From Candidatus Nanoclepta minutus (GTDB taxonomy: Archaea; Nanobdellota; Nanobdellia; Nanobdellales; Nanobdellaceae), in NCBI GenBank assembly GCA_003568775.1, contig MWMI01000001.1, positions 120,001-152,000 on the forward strand: a stretch of DNA of 32,000 nucleotides. Direction: 5' to 3'. Every line of letters begins with the position of its first letter. Positions within the stretch are counted from its first letter, which is position 1. The notes beneath the pieces were generated by a model. That model ran no database searches and had not been told where the DNA came from. It saw only the letters and a list, made by a program, of their open reading frames with translations. Of this stretch, positions 9,046 to 16,975 are shown piece by piece. The position numbers were made by a program, and so were the translations under genes.

Positions 9046-9142
9046 AGAGAGATAATTTTATATTTGCTTTTAAGTTTTATGATAAACTTAAATGATTAGC
9101 TAATATAAATAAAATTAAAAAGATTTTTCACATTGAATATAA

Positions 9143-10216
9143 ATGGTTAATGGAGAAAAAGTTATTTTAGACAAAGAGTTAGAGGAGGTAGTATCGCAAA
9201 CTTTTAAGAGAATCAAGGTGATTGGATGTGGTGGTGCTGGCAGTAATACTATATCACGTTTATATGAGATGGGTGTGGAGGGAGTAGAGTTGATTGCCAT
9301 GAATACGGATGTAAGGCATTTACTAAATATACAAGCTCATAAGAGGGTATTACTTGGAAAGCAACTTACTAAGGGTTTAGGGGCAGGAAAGGATCCAAAA
9401 GTTGGTGAAGAAGCTACAAAAGAATCTGAACAGGAGGTTAAAAAGATCGTAGAGGGATCAGATATAGTTTTCGTTACTTGTGGATTAGGTGGGGGTACGG
9501 GAACTGGAGCAGCCCCAATAGTTGCAGATATAGCTAAGAAGATGGGGGCATTGGTAATCGGGATATGTACCTGGCCATTTAGTGTTGAAGGTGCAAACAT
9601 ATGGGATAATGCTCAATATGGACTTGAAAGGTTGGAGAATTCCGTTGATATGCTTGTTGTAATTCCTAATGATAAAATCTTGCAGCTATTTCCAAATCTA
9701 CCATTGAAACAGGCATTTAAAGCTGTTGACAATGTTCTAGCAGGAGCTTTAAAGGAGATATCAGAACTTTTAACTAAGCCTGGTTATATAAATGCAGATT
9801 TTGCAGATTTTAGGAGCGTTGTAGCTGGAGCTGGTTATGGTCTATTTGGTATAGGAGAATCTAACTCAGAAAATAAGGCTGTAGAGGCTGCACAGAGAGC
9901 TTTAACTAATCCATTAGTTGATATAGATATTGCAGGAGCAAAGGCAGCCTTAGTTAGAATAACAGCATCGGAAGACGTAACACCAGAGGATATAAACAAG
10001 ATACTAGATACTGTCAAGTCTGTATTGGATCCGAAAGCAAAGTTAATATATGGAGTGATGTTTGAAGAAGGAAAGAAGAGTTATGTAAGGGTTTCTTTAA
10101 TAGTTACTAGATTGAAGAGCATACCAACCTTTATAAGGAGTGTAAAAGGAATTACTGAGATAGGGGAAGAGAAGAAAAAGGAAATAGAGAGCGAGTTGGG
10201 TATTGAAATAATCTAG
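9143..10216 (+). CDS. ftsZ: Cell division GTPase FtsZ
   Basis: 357 aa. IKVIGCGGAGSN and the GLGGGTGTGAAP tubulin signature. Confidence 0.95.
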   Translation: MVNGEKVILDKELEEVVSQTFKRIKVIGCGGAGSNTISRLYEMGVEGVELIAMNTDVRHLLNIQAHKRVLLGKQLTKGLGAGKDPKVGEEATKESEQEVKKIVEGSDIVFVTCGLGGGTGTGAAPIVADIAKKMGALVIGICTWPFSVEGANIWDNAQYGLERLENSVDMLVVIPNDKILQLFPNLPLKQAFKAVDNVLAGALKEISELLTKPGYINADFADFRSVVAGAGYGLFGIGESNSENKAVEAAQRALTNPLVDIDIAGAKAALVRITASEDVTPEDINKILDTVKSVLDPKAKLIYGVMFEEGKKSYVRVSLIVTRLKSIPTFIRSVKGITEIGEEKKKEIESELGIEII

Positions 10217-10659
10217 CCCTCCTCTTTTGCAGTTTTTCTAATATTATTTATTGGTACAGTTATGTTTATTGGTACAGGTACGTTTATTAACTCTAACATA
10301 GCCTCTCCCTTTTTCTGATTGACCTTCAATACTTTAGCCTTAGATCCCTTTAAAGGACCAATGAGTATTTCTACAACATCTCCCTCATTTATTTCTTCAG
10401 GTTTTACTTTTTCCTCCATATATTGGAGTATTTCCTTAATATCAACTTCCTCAGGTAAAACCTTTTTTGCATATCTAAGTTCGAATATAGCTTTAGAAAC
10501 TTCCAACTGGTTTTCAGCTTCTACGAATATGAAACCTCTTACGTTTGGGAGGATAGTTACAGAGTATATGCCCAATTTCTTCCTTTTAGCCTCTTCTGCC
10601 AGAATTTCAGCTACAATATCCTCCCTTCCGGACGTTACAGTTACCACATAAATTGCCAT
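10213..10659 (-). CDS. nusG: Transcription elongation factor Spt5/NusG
   Basis: 148 aa. An NGN domain plus a KOW motif (GDVVEILIGPLKGSKAKV). Its stop overlaps the ftsZ stop in a palindromic CTAG. Confidence 0.9.
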   Translation of the reverse strand: MAIYVVTVTSGREDIVAEILAEEAKRKKLGIYSVTILPNVRGFIFVEAENQLEVSKAIFELRYAKKVLPEEVDIKEILQYMEEKVKPEEINEGDVVEILIGPLKGSKAKVLKVNQKKGEAMLELINVPVPINITVPINNIRKTAKEEG

Positions 10660-10832
10660 ATGTATAGAAGATATTGAACAATTATAAATATTGCCAATGA
10701 AATTCCTGCTACTATAAAGAATATTAGGAAGGTTGTATATATTATTTTCTTTACTTCATCTGTTGTAGGTTTCCTTGCAACTTCCCAAATTTCTTTTATA
10801 CTATCTATAAACTTCTTAATCTTATTTTCCAT
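10641..10832 (-). CDS. secE: Preprotein translocase subunit SecE (Sec61 gamma)
   Basis: 63 aa. ARKPTTDEV followed by a single C-terminal TM helix. It lies upstream of, and overlaps, nusG by 19 nt. Confidence 0.8.
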   Translation of the reverse strand: MENKIKKFIDSIKEIWEVARKPTTDEVKKIIYTTFLIFFIVAGISLAIFIIVQYLLYIWQFMW

Positions 10833-10884
10833 TTTGTGTATTAGGAAAAATATTTTTAAAAAACATTTCTATGAAAAATAAAGA
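10833..10884. promoter_or_regulatory. 52-bp divergent promoter region (secE <-> rpl11) with a central AT-rich TATA-like element
   Basis: AAAAATATTTTTAAAAAA at 10846-10863 lies about 20-30 nt from both start codons (10832 on the minus strand, 10885 on the plus strand). Confidence 0.4.
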
Positions 10885-11367
10885 ATGGGTAAAAAAGAAA
10901 CAATTGAACTCCTTGTTGAAGGAGGAAATGCTAAACCGGGACCTACGATTGCTCCAAAGCTTAGTCAACTGAAGCTTAATGTGGGGGAGGTTATAAAGGA
11001 AATTAACGAAAAGACTAAGCAGTTTAGTGGAATGCAGGTTCCAGTAAAGCTTATAGTAGATTTGGAAACAAAGGAATATGAGATTGAGATAGGTTTGCCA
11101 CCAGTTACTTCCTTAGTTAAAAAGGAACTAAATATAGAGACGGCCGCACATAATCCAGGTAAGGAAACTGTAGGAGACTTACCTATAGAGAAAGTAATTG
11201 AGATAGCTAGGCTAAAGATGAAAGATATGAATACCAAGGATCTGAAGTCTTCTGTTAAAATGGTCCTTGGAACTTTGGTATCTATGGGTGTTACAGTAAA
11301 TGGAAAGAATCCTAAAGAGGTAATAAAAGAGGTTAATGAAGGAAAATATGATGAATTAATTAAATAA
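10885..11367 (+). CDS. rpl11: 50S ribosomal protein L11
   Basis: 160 aa with a typical archaeal L11 N-terminal domain (GGNAKPGPTIAPKLSQL...). Confidence 0.95.
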   Translation: MGKKETIELLVEGGNAKPGPTIAPKLSQLKLNVGEVIKEINEKTKQFSGMQVPVKLIVDLETKEYEIEIGLPPVTSLVKKELNIETAAHNPGKETVGDLPIEKVIEIARLKMKDMNTKDLKSSVKMVLGTLVSMGVTVNGKNPKEVIKEVNEGKYDELIK

Positions 11368-11522
11368 TGGATATTTTATCGTTTTTATTAGGCTTCATAT
11401 TCGGATATTTTTTAGGAATAGTGTTCTTCTACTTCATGATAAGGAGGTATATAAAGAAGTTCTTAGCTAGAGGGGCTGTATTAGATGACCTTATCAAGAT
11501 GCTTCAGAAAGAGATAAAATAA
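11367..11522 (+). CDS. Unannotated 51-codon ORF: predicted single-pass membrane micro-protein
   Basis: Hand translation gives MDILSFLLGFIFGYFLGIVFFYFMIRRYIKKFLARGAVLDDLIKMLQKEIK. The ATG overlaps the L11 stop (TAATG). The protein has a hydrophobic helix followed by a basic amphipathic tail. It falls below the ORF-track size cutoff. Confidence 0.4.
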   Translation: MDILSFLLGFIFGYFLGIVFFYFMIRRYIKKFLARGAVLDDLIKMLQKEIK

Positions 11523-11551
11523 TTTTAAAAATTATCTTAAGATTTCTATAA

Positions 11552-12208
11552 ATGAATTTGGTAGAAGCTGTTACTCATGTTAAGGAGAAAAGTAAAAAGA
11601 GGAGGTTTACACAGACATACGAGCTAATAATAAATCTGAAGAAAGATTACGATCTTAAGAAGGCAGAAAATAGGGTTGTAGACTACTTCGAGTTACCTCA
11701 TGGAAGGGGGAAGAAGGTTAAGATATGTGCGATAGTAGCTCAGGAACTAGAGAAACCCGCTAGTAAGGTATTTGATTACGTAATATTGAGGGATAAATTA
11801 CCGGAAATTGCCGGAAATAAGAGACTTGCGAAGAAGATAGCTAAGAGTTATTATATATTCGTTGCTCAAGCTTTAGTCATGCCAGATATAGGTAAATACC
11901 TAGGAAAGTATTTAGGTCCAAGGGATAAGATGCCCAATCCAAAGTATGGTATGATAGTTCCCAACAACGCTTTAGAAGAACAGCTCAGAAGTACTTACGA
12001 TCGTTTGCAGAAGTTGGTTAGGGTTTCAATTAAGAACCATCTTACATTTGGCGTTCCGATAGGAACGGAGGAGATGGATCCAAAGTTAGTTGCTGAGAAT
12101 GCTAGAGAATTCTTGAACTGGTTATTCAATAGGATACCTGGAGGAAGACAGTCTATAGGCAGTGTATACCTAAAGCTTACGATGAGCAATTCTATAAGGA
12201 TAATATAA
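11552..12208 (+). CDS. rpl1: 50S ribosomal protein L1
   Basis: 218 aa of the L1 family. A TATA-like TTTTAAAAATTA sits about 20-25 nt upstream. Confidence 0.95.
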   Translation: MNLVEAVTHVKEKSKKRRFTQTYELIINLKKDYDLKKAENRVVDYFELPHGRGKKVKICAIVAQELEKPASKVFDYVILRDKLPEIAGNKRLAKKIAKSYYIFVAQALVMPDIGKYLGKYLGPRDKMPNPKYGMIVPNNALEEQLRSTYDRLQKLVRVSIKNHLTFGVPIGTEEMDPKLVAENAREFLNWLFNRIPGGRQSIGSVYLKLTMSNSIRII

Positions 12209-12209
12209 A

Positions 12210-13073
12210 ATGGTAGCTGAATGGAAGATAAAGTACGTAAGGGATTTGGAGGACGATATAAAGGGATCTAGAATTTTGGGCATATCCGATGTTATGGATA
12301 TACCTACCTCAGCACTTCAGAGTATTAGGAAGAGTTTAAAGGAAAAGGGATTTAGGTTGAAGGTTATAAGGAAGAAATTGTTAATAAAAGCACTTGAAGA
12401 TCTATCTAAGGAAGATAAAAACTATGAGAAGATCATAGAATTGCTTAAGAAGAATAAGAGGATAACTATTATGCTTGTTTTACAGAAAGATTCAATAAAT
12501 CCTTTCCTGATAAATAAAATATTTGAAGAAAATAAGAGCTATAGAGAGGCTAGGCCAGGTGATATCTTAGAGGAAGATATTGTAATTAAGGCTGGTCCAA
12601 CGGAATTCGCTGCTGGTCCTATACTATCGGAGTTCAAGAAATTCAATATAAAAACTAAGGTTGAAGGTGGAAAGATAGCAATAGCGGAGGATGCGGTCAT
12701 CGCTAAGAAGGGAGATAAGGTTAGTGAGGATCTAGCAAGCTTCCTAAAGAAAATGAACATAACTCCAATACCCGTTAGGATAAAGCTACTTTTAGCTTAT
12801 GATGGAAGGGTTATATATACGGAAGATATACTTTCAACACCATTAGAGAAGTATATAGACGATCTAAAGTTAGCAATTAAGAAAGCAAATTCAATAACGA
12901 TATATGTAGGATATCCAACAAAGTATAACGTTAGAACCTTATTAAGGAAAGGTTTAGAGAACTCCTTGAAGTTATCTATAAAGTTAGGATTTCCGACTAA
13001 ACAAACAGTTAAGGAAATATTGAGGAGAGCTGTAAGGATAGGTAATCATTTGAAGAATAAGGCCAATCTATAA
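12210..13073 (+). CDS. rplP0: Ribosomal stalk protein P0 (L10), short form without an acidic C-terminal tail
   Basis: 287 aa. The N-terminal EWKIKYV...IRKSL..., the inserted domain and the following helices match archaeal P0. It ends ...RIGNHLKNKANL, and a T7 run follows at 13074-13080. Confidence 0.9.
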   Translation: MVAEWKIKYVRDLEDDIKGSRILGISDVMDIPTSALQSIRKSLKEKGFRLKVIRKKLLIKALEDLSKEDKNYEKIIELLKKNKRITIMLVLQKDSINPFLINKIFEENKSYREARPGDILEEDIVIKAGPTEFAAGPILSEFKKFNIKTKVEGGKIAIAEDAVIAKKGDKVSEDLASFLKKMNITPIPVRIKLLLAYDGRVIYTEDILSTPLEKYIDDLKLAIKKANSITIYVGYPTKYNVRTLLRKGLENSLKLSIKLGFPTKQTVKEILRRAVRIGNHLKNKANL

Positions 13074-13080
13074 TTTTTTT
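13074..13080 (+). terminator. Oligo-T run after P0 (possible archaeal intrinsic terminator)
   Basis: TAATTTTTTTAATG: seven T residues lie between the P0 stop and the ogt start. Confidence 0.35.
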
Positions 13081-13081
13081 A

Positions 13082-13579
13082 ATGATAAACCTACTAGGAT
13101 ATAACCTCTTATCTGCATATTTAATTAAGGGGGATAGGATCTTAGCTTATTCCCTAAACTTTGATAGAAGCTCTCTGATAAGACAGTTAGAGAAGATAAG
13201 GGATTTCCATGGACTGGAGGCAGAGATAGTTTTTAATGAAAGGTTAGACGAATACTTTGAGGAGAAGCTTAAAGGTTTTTTTAAATATAAGAGGAACTTA
13301 TTGGATATAGATTTAAGTTTATATAGGTATAGCGAAGTTTATAGAGAACTCCTAAGGATACCTTTTGGTGGGGTAGTTACATATTCGGATTTCTATAGAA
13401 GGGTTGGAAAATATAGTTTCTTTGAAGTTATAAGGGCACTGACTAGAAACCCTTTTATAATATTTATACCCTGTCATAGGTTGGTTAGGAAGGATGGAAA
13501 GATTGGAGGTTATGCTCCTTTAGGAAAAGCTTTTAAGGAAAAGATAATAGAATTTGAAAGAGGGATTAAAGAAAAATAG
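13082..13579 (+). CDS. ogt: Methylated-DNA--protein-cysteine methyltransferase
   Basis: 165 aa. IPFGGVVTYSDF...NPFIIFIPCHRLV...GKIGGY, which contains the PCHR active-site motif. Confidence 0.85.
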   Translation: MINLLGYNLLSAYLIKGDRILAYSLNFDRSSLIRQLEKIRDFHGLEAEIVFNERLDEYFEEKLKGFFKYKRNLLDIDLSLYRYSEVYRELLRIPFGGVVTYSDFYRRVGKYSFFEVIRALTRNPFIIFIPCHRLVRKDGKIGGYAPLGKAFKEKIIEFERGIKEK

Positions 13580-13610
13580 AAATTTAAAAGTTTTTTGAAT
13601 CTTTCTTAAA

Positions 13611-14357
13611 ATGGGTAATTTGTTGACCTTAACAAACGTTTTGTTAAATAAGGCCTTTTTATCCGGAAGAAGGAATAAGGAAAGGGTTGTCCTATGGGCT
13701 GGAAAGAACGATATAAGCAAATATATTGGTAGGGCTTCTGATAGATGCTATGATAGTTCAATAGTTAGGTTCCCCTTAGCAGAACTAGATCTGTTAGTTA
13801 AAAGGGAGAAAAAACACGAAATAATAATTGATTCCTTCGAGCTTAAGTTAGGAGGTAATAGTATCCTCAGTAGGGCTACCCAGAGGCAGCTTATTAAACA
13901 GGGAATCCTCCTAACTTTAGTATCTCTCGATGGTTTCCATATATATTCGAACAACGTTTGTATAAGTCTGGATGACTTATTGTATAGGAAGCCCGTTAGG
14001 ATATACGTAAGGTTTTTGGGAGGTCACAGTGAGAGGGAGGTAAGTAACTATATCTCATCACAAGAATTCAGGGATGTATATAGGAATAGCTATCTATTTT
14101 CCGATATTTTCATTTCAAACAGTAGGAACATATGTTCTATAGAATATAAATGTGTTTTTCCGAATAACATCGTTGGAGAGAGGTTAGAATTCCATAGGGA
14201 TATGATAAACTACTATAGATCCCTTATAATGGGAAACTATAAGTCTATGGTAGAAGATTTCATTAATTCTAATGGGAATAGGAAGATTTCTGATATATTA
14301 AAAAATTATGATAAGACTTATGGAAATTTAGATCTCAAAGTTTTCTCCTGGCCTTAA
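13611..14357 (+). CDS. Hypothetical protein (orphan; weak MPN/JAMM-like motif pattern)
   Basis: 248-aa ORF. A TATA-like ATTTAAAAG lies about 25 nt upstream of the ATG. I recognise no family. Confidence 0.5.
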   Translation: MGNLLTLTNVLLNKAFLSGRRNKERVVLWAGKNDISKYIGRASDRCYDSSIVRFPLAELDLLVKREKKHEIIIDSFELKLGGNSILSRATQRQLIKQGILLTLVSLDGFHIYSNNVCISLDDLLYRKPVRIYVRFLGGHSEREVSNYISSQEFRDVYRNSYLFSDIFISNSRNICSIEYKCVFPNNIVGERLEFHRDMINYYRSLIMGNYKSMVEDFINSNGNRKISDILKNYDKTYGNLDLKVFSWP

Positions 14358-15020
14358 TATTATGGTATTTATTCCGACCTTAATTATCTCTTTCTTTAGT
14401 TTTTCAATATCTACCTTTATAGCTGGGAAAGTGTTGTAATGCATGGGTATGAAGTACTTTGGTTTTATCATGTTTATTGCAAGTATTGCCTGATCTATAT
14501 CCATCGTATACCTTCCGCCAATAGGTAACATTGCAACATCTATTTCTCCAGCAATTTTAGGTATTAGCTCCATATCCCTAAATACAGAAGTATCTCCTGC
14601 ATGGTATATCTTCCTTTCATCCATCTTTATCACAAAACCACATGGATTTCCTAGATACTTTATCTTCCCATCTTCTATGTATCCTGAACTATGCCAGGCA
14701 GGTACCATCAATATCCTTGCATCCTTTACTTCAACCCATCCTCCATAGTTCATTCCAATGGAGGGGATTCCAAATTCTTTTACGTACTCAGATAGCTCAT
14801 ATATTGCAACTATCTTTGAATTCGTGTTCCTAGCTATTTCTATCGCATCTCCTAGATGGTCTCCATGTCCATGTGTAACTAATACTGCATCAACTTCCTT
14901 TATATCCTTTGGTTTTACTGGGCTCAATGGATTGTTTGAGATGAACGGATCTATAAGGAGCTTTGTGTTCTTTCCCTCTATCAGGAAGCAGGAATGTCCG
15001 TACCATGTGATCCTTACCAT
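14328..15020 (-). CDS. UPF0173-family metal-dependent hydrolase (metallo-beta-lactamase fold)
   Basis: 230 aa. ITWYGHSCFLIEG, LIDPF and VLVTHGHGDHLGD motifs. Confidence 0.85.
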   Translation of the reverse strand: MVRITWYGHSCFLIEGKNTKLLIDPFISNNPLSPVKPKDIKEVDAVLVTHGHGDHLGDAIEIARNTNSKIVAIYELSEYVKEFGIPSIGMNYGGWVEVKDARILMVPAWHSSGYIEDGKIKYLGNPCGFVIKMDERKIYHAGDTSVFRDMELIPKIAGEIDVAMLPIGGRYTMDIDQAILAINMIKPKYFIPMHYNTFPAIKVDIEKLKKEIIKVGINTIILRPGENFEI

Positions 15021-15053
15021 AATATTTTAAGGGGTATAAATTAAATATTCTTT

Positions 15054-16346
15054 ATGTATGCTAAGGACCTAATAATACTATTCATAATATTCATTGGATT
15101 ACTGTTTACTTACTTCAATTTGCTGATATTTTACGCTTCAGATGATAAGAAGAAAAAAAATATGAGGGATCTACCAAAAGTTTCTATAATTGTTCCCGCA
15201 TATAATGAAGAGAAGAACATAGAGAATACGATAAAATCCCTTCTGAGCTTAGATTATCCAAGGGATAAGTTAGAGATAATAGTTGTTGATGATGGGAGTA
15301 AGGATAGGACATATGAGGTTGCAAGGAAATATGAATCAGATGTTTTAAAGGTTTATAGAAAGGAAAATGGTGGAAAGGCTTCTGCCTTAAATTATGGAAT
15401 TAAGAGGGCGAGTGGGGAGTTCATAGTTACGATGGATGCAGACTCCGTAGTACCTAAGGATGCATTAAAGAAGATGTTAGAATACTTCGATGAAGATGTT
15501 ATGATCGTTGTACCTGCAATTCAAATAACCAAAGTTAATAACTTTTGGGAACATTTACAGGTAATAGAGTATTCTTATAACAATTTCCTTAGGTTGATCT
15601 TCGATAAGCTTAACAGTATATATGTTGCTCCTGGACCGTTTTCAGTTTTTAGGAGAGATTTCTTTGAAAGGGTCGGATACTTCGATGAAGGGAACATTAC
15701 AGAAGATATGGAAATCGCTATGAGATGTCAGGCTTATGGATATAAGATAAGGTATTGTCCAGAAGTTGTTGTAAAGACAAAAGCTCCAAGTTCCTTTAGA
15801 TCTCTATTAAAACAGAGGTTGAGATGGTATCTAGGTTTTATAGATAACTTCTTAGTTTATAGGAATAGGATAGTCAACAAAGTTTTGGTGAACATTGTAT
15901 TCGGTGGAGCAATATTATTTATAATCATACCTCTAGTTAACTTAGGTATTTTTGCTTATGATATCGTAAAGTCCGTTTATAATAGCCTTGTTTTCTATTC
16001 TTCTATAGACTTCAACGTATTACCTCTAATAAGGCAAGGTCTGTTCGATTGGCAGAGCAGTTTTTCCTATATAAAGTTAGATTATCTATCTAGAGGGATT
16101 TTCTATATGTTTTACAATATAGTACTAATCCTCACTTTCTTGATTTTCATAAAGAAGGCTTGGATGATTGAGAAAGTAGATAGTTCATATAGGAGGATTC
16201 TTTCTTTATTAGTCTATAGTTTCTTCTATATCTTCTTCTATTCAGTAGTTTGGTTTATAGTTATCTTATATAAAGTATTCGGTAGAGAGCTAAGGTGGGG
16301 CGGAGTTAGATGGGAGAACAGCCTGATAAACAGAATATGGAGGTAA
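15054..16346 (+). CDS. Membrane-embedded family-2 glycosyltransferase of the processive beta-glycan synthase type
   Basis: 430 aa. N-terminal TM helix, then VVDDGSKD, TMDADS, ITEDME and LKQRLRWYLG (the D, DxD, TED and Q(R/Q)xRW signatures), followed by a C-terminal multi-TM region. Confidence 0.85.
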   Translation: MYAKDLIILFIIFIGLLFTYFNLLIFYASDDKKKKNMRDLPKVSIIVPAYNEEKNIENTIKSLLSLDYPRDKLEIIVVDDGSKDRTYEVARKYESDVLKVYRKENGGKASALNYGIKRASGEFIVTMDADSVVPKDALKKMLEYFDEDVMIVVPAIQITKVNNFWEHLQVIEYSYNNFLRLIFDKLNSIYVAPGPFSVFRRDFFERVGYFDEGNITEDMEIAMRCQAYGYKIRYCPEVVVKTKAPSSFRSLLKQRLRWYLGFIDNFLVYRNRIVNKVLVNIVFGGAILFIIIPLVNLGIFAYDIVKSVYNSLVFYSSIDFNVLPLIRQGLFDWQSSFSYIKLDYLSRGIFYMFYNIVLILTFLIFIKKAWMIEKVDSSYRRILSLLVYSFFYIFFYSVVWFIVILYKVFGRELRWGGVRWENSLINRIWR

Positions 16347-16975
16347 GGAAGCTTTTTCTATATGCATTGTTTTTATCCATACTTACGTTCTTTATTGGGG
16401 TATACTTGGGTTATATGCTAAATAGGTATGCGTTTCAGACGGTTTATAGGGATTATGAGGGGGTAAGGTTATCCATAGAATCCCTCCAATACCTATTATT
16501 AGAGGAGAACGTATGTGATCTTGAAAAGTTTAACTTGATTATGGGTTATTTAGAGAGTTTGGGAAAGAAGATAGAGATCTTACAGAACTCTAATTCTCCA
16601 TTTATTTCAAGGGAAGATTTCATGTTATTAAAGGCTCAATACTTTAACTTAGAGTATTTACATTACTTGCTGGCTATAAAACAGATGAGAAACTGCAATT
16701 TTTCCTATAACATAATCCTGTTCTTCTATGATGATTCAATACCATGCGATCTATGTAAGAGGCAAGGTTATCAGCTATCCCTTCTAAAGGCGGAGTATGA
16801 GGATAGACTTCTAATATATTCTTTTGATGTCTCATACCCGAATACGTTTATATCATATTTCTTACAGAAGTATTCTATAGAAGAAGTACCATCGGTAATA
16901 CTTATCTCTAATTCAACGTATATCTTTAGGGACTTTATTGGTTATAAGGAGTTAGAGAACTATCTAACTCTATAG
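16310..16975 (+). CDS. Membrane-anchored thioredoxin-fold-like protein (CDLC motif)
   Basis: 221 aa. One N-terminal TM helix (LFLYALFLSILTFFIGVYLGYM). C-terminal IILFFYDDSIPCDLCKRQ ... EEVPSVILIS resembles a Trx strand-CxxC-helix plus a cis-Pro loop. An SD-like AAGGTGGGGCGGAG lies upstream of the 16310 ATG; an alternative ATG is at 16337. Confidence 0.5.
   Translation: MGEQPDKQNMEVRKLFLYALFLSILTFFIGVYLGYMLNRYAFQTVYRDYEGVRLSIESLQYLLLEENVCDLEKFNLIMGYLESLGKKIEILQNSNSPFISREDFMLLKAQYFNLEYLHYLLAIKQMRNCNFSYNIILFFYDDSIPCDLCKRQGYQLSLLKAEYEDRLLIYSFDVSYPNTFISYFLQKYSIEEVPSVILISNSTYIFRDFIGYKELENYLTL

Noticed and set aside
10871-10885. Upstream ATG at 10871 as an alternative L11 start.
   Set aside because: It is out of frame with L11 (14 nt upstream) and terminates after a short unrelated peptide.
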